DNA of 64,000 nucleotides from Candidatus Latescibacterota bacterium (GTDB lineage Bacteria; Latescibacterota; UBA2968; UBA8231): NCBI GenBank assembly GCA_965219385.1, contig CBDCNM010000002.1, positions 1,170,936 to 1,234,935 of the forward strand, read 5' to 3'. Shown piece by piece: positions 60,565 to 64,000 of this stretch (position 1 is its first letter; each line of letters starts with the position of its first letter). The notes under the pieces were generated by a model. It saw only the letters and a program-made list of their open reading frames with translations, ran no database searches and was not told where the DNA came from. The position numbers and the translations under genes were made by a program.

Positions 60565-60574
60565 TGTCCCCTGC

Positions 60575-63187
60575 TTATTTTACCAGCTGCTGGACGATGT
60601 CCGCGACCGCACTCAGGGCCTTGTCCAGCAGCCCTGGATCCTTACCACCGGCCTGGGCCAGGTGGGGTTTGCCGCCACCTGAACCACCGGCCAGCCGTGC
60701 CACACCTTTGACGATATCGCCGGCCCTGAGCCCCCTGTTCTCGATCAGGTCATCGGTGACGACCGCGATGAACGAGACCTTGTCGTCGAGCACGGCGCCC
60801 ATCACCCCCACCCCCGACCCCAAGCTGTCGCGCATGCCATCGGCCAGATTCCGCAGGGCCGCCACCTCCTCCACTTCCACGCGGGAGGCCACCACCTTGA
60901 TCCCTTCTACCTCCCTAGCCCCGGCGGCCAGTTCGCCGCCTTCCTGGCTGGCCATGCGGCGCTGCAGTTCGCTCAGGCGGCGCTCCAGCTCCCGGTTGCG
61001 CTGCAGCAATCCTTCCAGCTTTTCCGGCAATTCGGCAAAAGGTGCATTGAGCGCGCCGCTCATCTGGGTCAGCAGTTCGCACTGCTGACGCATTTTCTGT
61101 TCGGCTCCTTCTCCGCTGAGGGCTTCCGCCCGCCGGGTACCTGCGGCAATGCCACTTTCGGCAGTCAGGTCGAAGAGGCCTATTTCGCCGGTGGAATCCA
61201 CGTGGGTGCCGCCGCATAACTCCAGACTGAAATCGCCGATCCGCACCACCCGCACCCACTCGTCGTAGTTTTCGCCGAACAGGGCCCGGGCCCCCATCTG
61301 CCGGGCTTTCTCCAGGTCTTCCTCGAAGGTTTCCACCTGCAGATCGGCGCGAATTCTCCGATTCACCAGGGACTCGATTTCCTCCAGTTGTTGCGGCTCC
61401 ACCGCGGCAAAGTGGGAAAAGTCAAACCGCAGGCGCTCGGGCGACACCAAAGAGCCCATCTGCGCCACGTGATCCCCCAGGGTCCGGCGCAGGGCCTCGT
61501 GCAGAAGATGGGTGGAAGTGTGGTTGCGAGCAGCCGCCCGGCGGGCCTGTTCGTCGACCTGAGCCCGCACCCGGGCACCCAGGTCCACCCCCTCGCCTTG
61601 GACCAAGCGAGCCAGGTGCAGGATGCCGCCCCGGGCCTTGACGGTATTTTCGACCTCGAGCAGGTAGCCATCGCCTTCGACTCGTCCCTTGTCGCCCACC
61701 TGGCCGCCGGACTCGGCGTAGAAGGGAGTCTGGTCCAGGATAAACCGCACCCTGCCTTCGGCGTCGGTCTCGGCGTGCAGCAGGCGGGCTTCGCTCTCGA
61801 GTTCCTGGTAGCCGATAAAGCGAGAATGGTCCTCGGCCAGGACATCCTCGACCCCTTCAGTGGCGGCAAAACGGGTTTTGGTCGCCTGGCGGGCGCGCTG
61901 GCGCTGCTTTTCCAGCTCCTCTTCAAACCCTGTAGTGTCGACCGCGAGGTTGCGCTCGCGGGCCATCAACTGGGTCAGATCCAGCGGGAAGCCGTAGGTG
62001 TCGTAGAGCTGGAAGGCATCCGGGCCGGTGATCTCGCCCTTCTGGCTCACGCGTTCGAAGATCTCCAGGCCGCGATCCAGGGTCTGGCTAAAGCTCTCCT
62101 CCTCGGAGCGGATGACCAGGGAGATATGGGAATTTTTCTCGACGATCTCCTGAAAGACCTCTCCCATGATATCCGCCACAGTCGCGGCCAACCGGTAGAT
62201 AAAGGGTTCGCGCTGGTCCAGCTGGCGCCCGTAGCGCGCGGCCCGCCGCAGGATGCGCCGCAACACGTATCCCGCCCCCTCATTCGAGGGCAGGGTCCCG
62301 TCGGCAATCGCAAAGGTCAGGGCCCGAATGTGGTCGGCGATCACCCGCATGGCCACTGCATTCTCGCCAAGGGGTTCCTTGCCGGTCACCTCGGCGATGC
62401 GGGCGACGAGGGGCCGGAATACATCGGTATCGTAGTTGCTCTCGACGCCCTGCAGCACGCTGCAGATGCGCTCGAAGCCCATGCCGGTGTCCACGTGCTT
62501 GGCCGGCAGGAGATGCAGCTGGCCCTGCTCGTCCCGGTTATACTGAATGAAGACCAGATTCCACAGCTCCAGGTATCCATCCCCACCCTCGACGATGCCC
62601 TCTCTTTGCTGCTGGCTCGGGTCCTCGCCCAGGTAGTAATGCAGCTCTGAAGAGGGTCCGCAGGGCCCGGTGGCACCCATTTCCCAGAAGACGTCCACGG
62701 CCGGCAGGTGCACCAGGCGATCGGGCGCCAGATCCGTGTGCTCAAGCCACAGTTTTTCGGCCTCTTCGTCCGGTTCCAGCCCGTCTTTTGCATCCCCTTG
62801 GAAGACCGTGCCCCAGAGCCGCTCCTTTTCCAGGCCCCAGTGTTCGGTGAGCAACTCCCAGCCCCACTCGATGGCTTCCTTTTTGAAGTAATCGCCGAAG
62901 GACCAGTTGCCCAGCATCTCGAAGAAGGTATGGTGCCGCGGACTGACGCCTACCTCTTCGAGATCGTTGTGTTTGCCGGACACGCGGATGCACTTTTGCG
63001 TGTCCACGGCCCGGGTATAGTCCCTCTTGCCCAGCCCCAGGAATACATCCTTGAACTGGTTCATGCCCGCATTGGTGAAGTAGAGCGTGGGATCATCCTT
63101 GGGCACGACCGGGGCGCTGGGCACCCGCCGGTGCCCGCGCTCTTCGAAAAACCGCAAAAATGCTTCCCTAATCTCCTTCGAGGTCAT
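60575..63187 (-). CDS. alaS: Alanine--tRNA ligase
   Basis: Class II aaRS motifs. The editing-domain HxxxH is present. C-terminal DHHA1 GGG motif (…ARLAGGSGGGKPHLAQAGG…). The start is ATG 63187 (MTSKEIREAFL). Confidence 0.97.
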   Translation of the reverse strand: MTSKEIREAFLRFFEERGHRRVPSAPVVPKDDPTLYFTNAGMNQFKDVFLGLGKRDYTRAVDTQKCIRVSGKHNDLEEVGVSPRHHTFFEMLGNWSFGDYFKKEAIEWGWELLTEHWGLEKERLWGTVFQGDAKDGLEPDEEAEKLWLEHTDLAPDRLVHLPAVDVFWEMGATGPCGPSSELHYYLGEDPSQQQREGIVEGGDGYLELWNLVFIQYNRDEQGQLHLLPAKHVDTGMGFERICSVLQGVESNYDTDVFRPLVARIAEVTGKEPLGENAVAMRVIADHIRALTFAIADGTLPSNEGAGYVLRRILRRAARYGRQLDQREPFIYRLAATVADIMGEVFQEIVEKNSHISLVIRSEEESFSQTLDRGLEIFERVSQKGEITGPDAFQLYDTYGFPLDLTQLMARERNLAVDTTGFEEELEKQRQRARQATKTRFAATEGVEDVLAEDHSRFIGYQELESEARLLHAETDAEGRVRFILDQTPFYAESGGQVGDKGRVEGDGYLLEVENTVKARGGILHLARLVQGEGVDLGARVRAQVDEQARRAAARNHTSTHLLHEALRRTLGDHVAQMGSLVSPERLRFDFSHFAAVEPQQLEEIESLVNRRIRADLQVETFEEDLEKARQMGARALFGENYDEWVRVVRIGDFSLELCGGTHVDSTGEIGLFDLTAESGIAAGTRRAEALSGEGAEQKMRQQCELLTQMSGALNAPFAELPEKLEGLLQRNRELERRLSELQRRMASQEGGELAAGAREVEGIKVVASRVEVEEVAALRNLADGMRDSLGSGVGVMGAVLDDKVSFIAVVTDDLIENRGLRAGDIVKGVARLAGGSGGGKPHLAQAGGKDPGLLDKALSAVADIVQQLVK

Positions 63188-63677
63188 TTCTTTGTTTCTC
63201 CTCCCACACCTGTTCGACTGCTTTGAGCGCCAACTCCTGTTGGTAACCACGCCGGGCCAGTAAACCCATCATCCTCCTCTTGGCCTTGTGCTCGTCGAGT
63301 TCATCGTAGCGCCACCACTGCTGGCTCAACAGGTTCATGGCTGCGGATTCGGACTCGATATCTTCTTTAAACTCTTCCAGGACCTGGGTGATGATGCCCG
63401 GGGCAATGCCTTTGCGGCCCAGGTCCTGGGCGAATTTGCGCCCCCCGGCCGGCCTCTTGCCCTCGACCCTCGACTCGATCCAGCGCCGGGCAAACTCCCG
63501 ATCATCGAGCAGATTCAACCGTTTTAAATCTTCGACAGCCCGATCGATGACGGTGGCGGAAAACTCCTCTTTCCGCAGTTTTTCACGCACTTCGTGGATG
63601 GTCCGCGCGCGTCCACTCAGATAATTCAGGCCGATCTGGCGCGCCTGTTGATCCTCGTCCTCTGGAGAAGTCGCCAT
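63168..63677 (-). CDS. recX: Recombination regulator RecX
   Basis: 169 aa with three-helix-repeat composition. Conserved position between recA and alaS. Its 3' end overlaps the alaS start by 20 nt. Confidence 0.85.
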   Translation of the reverse strand: MATSPEDEDQQARQIGLNYLSGRARTIHEVREKLRKEEFSATVIDRAVEDLKRLNLLDDREFARRWIESRVEGKRPAGGRKFAQDLGRKGIAPGIITQVLEEFKEDIESESAAMNLLSQQWWRYDELDEHKAKRRMMGLLARRGYQQELALKAVEQVWEEKQRNDLEGD

Positions 63678-63683
63678 AGCCCC

Positions 63684-64000
63684 CTACTCTTCCGGATCTT
63701 TGACCCCATCTTGGTGATTCAGGCCCAGCTCCTGACGCAGTTGTTGCTCCAGGGTCTGGGCGATGTCTGGATGCTCGAGCAGAAAGGTCTTGGCGTTGTC
63801 GCGCCCCTGACCCAGACGTTCTCCTGCGTACGAAAACCAGGTGCCGCTCTTTGCTATCAGACCCTTGTCCGCCCCGATATCCAGCAGGTCGCCCTCCCAG
63901 GAAATGCCGAGCCGATCCCCGTGAAAAATGAAGTCGAATTCCGCCTCCCGAAAAGGGGCCGCCATCTTGTTTTTGACCACCTTGACGCGGGTGCGATTGC
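63684..64000 (-). CDS. recA: Recombinase RecA (C-terminal portion; gene continues beyond the right edge)
   Basis: The window-end frame translates to …[68 protein letters not shown]…, matching the RecA C-terminal domain. The MVKNK in the ORF track is internal. Confidence 0.85.
   Translation of the reverse strand, partial: NRTRVKVVKNKMAAPFREAEFDFIFHGDRLGISWEGDLLDIGADKGLIAKSGTWFSYAGERLGQGRDNAKTFLLEHPDIAQTLEQQLRQELGLNHQDGVKDPEE

Noticed and set aside
1-64000. rRNA or tRNA genes in AT-richer intergenic stretches (4400-5030, 9100-9280, 9950-10140, 20010-20220, 34050-34200, 51780-52180)
   Set aside because: No cloverleaf-compatible sequences (GTTC/TΨC-like arms, CCA-adjacent acceptor stems) or rRNA-like conserved blocks were recognisable by eye. 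tRNAscan or Infernal would be needed to be certain.

Overview
This is a high-GC (about 62-66%) window from a diderm bacterium. The evidence for diderm status is a TolC-like outer-membrane channel, an RND/adaptor efflux pair, outer-membrane beta-barrel proteins and periplasmic HtrA. The right half (36-64 kb) is conserved housekeeping: hemH, an SDR reductase, polA, htrA, clpB, metK, ptsI/ptsH, a PcrB/GGGPS-type prenyl-glycerol-phosphate synthase, alaS, recX and the 3' end of recA. The left 36 kb is accessory and mosaic, with three main parts. (1) A low-GC (about 48%) island of roughly 7.5 kb at 2.47-10.0 kb, bracketed by 31-bp imperfect direct repeats. It contains a translationally coupled three-gene cassette of unknown function, IS982-like and IS701/IS4-like transposase remnants bounded by 48-bp inverted repeats, and intact plus decayed paralogues of a secreted cadherin-like/glycine-zipper protein. 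(2) A second low-GC island at 13.3-20.2 kb carrying three consecutive dynamin-like large GTPase genes on the minus strand. The last gene carries about ten near-identical 141-bp (47-aa) tandem repeats in its N-terminal coding region. This is the most unusual system in the window; I propose it as a candidate membrane-remodelling or antiphage module. (3) A heavy-metal supercluster at 20.2-36 kb: an HMA-like remnant, a CopA P-type ATPase, an embedded Rieske/cytochrome b/pentahaem cytochrome c operon, an arsC remnant, CusCBA-type efflux and a PAP2 phosphatase. A 40-bp motif is shared upstream of copA and the PAP2 gene. Several genes are frameshifted or internally deleted. No rRNA, tRNA or CRISPR arrays were seen. 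Many long ORFs in the supplied track are GC-rich antisense shadows of real genes and were ignored.
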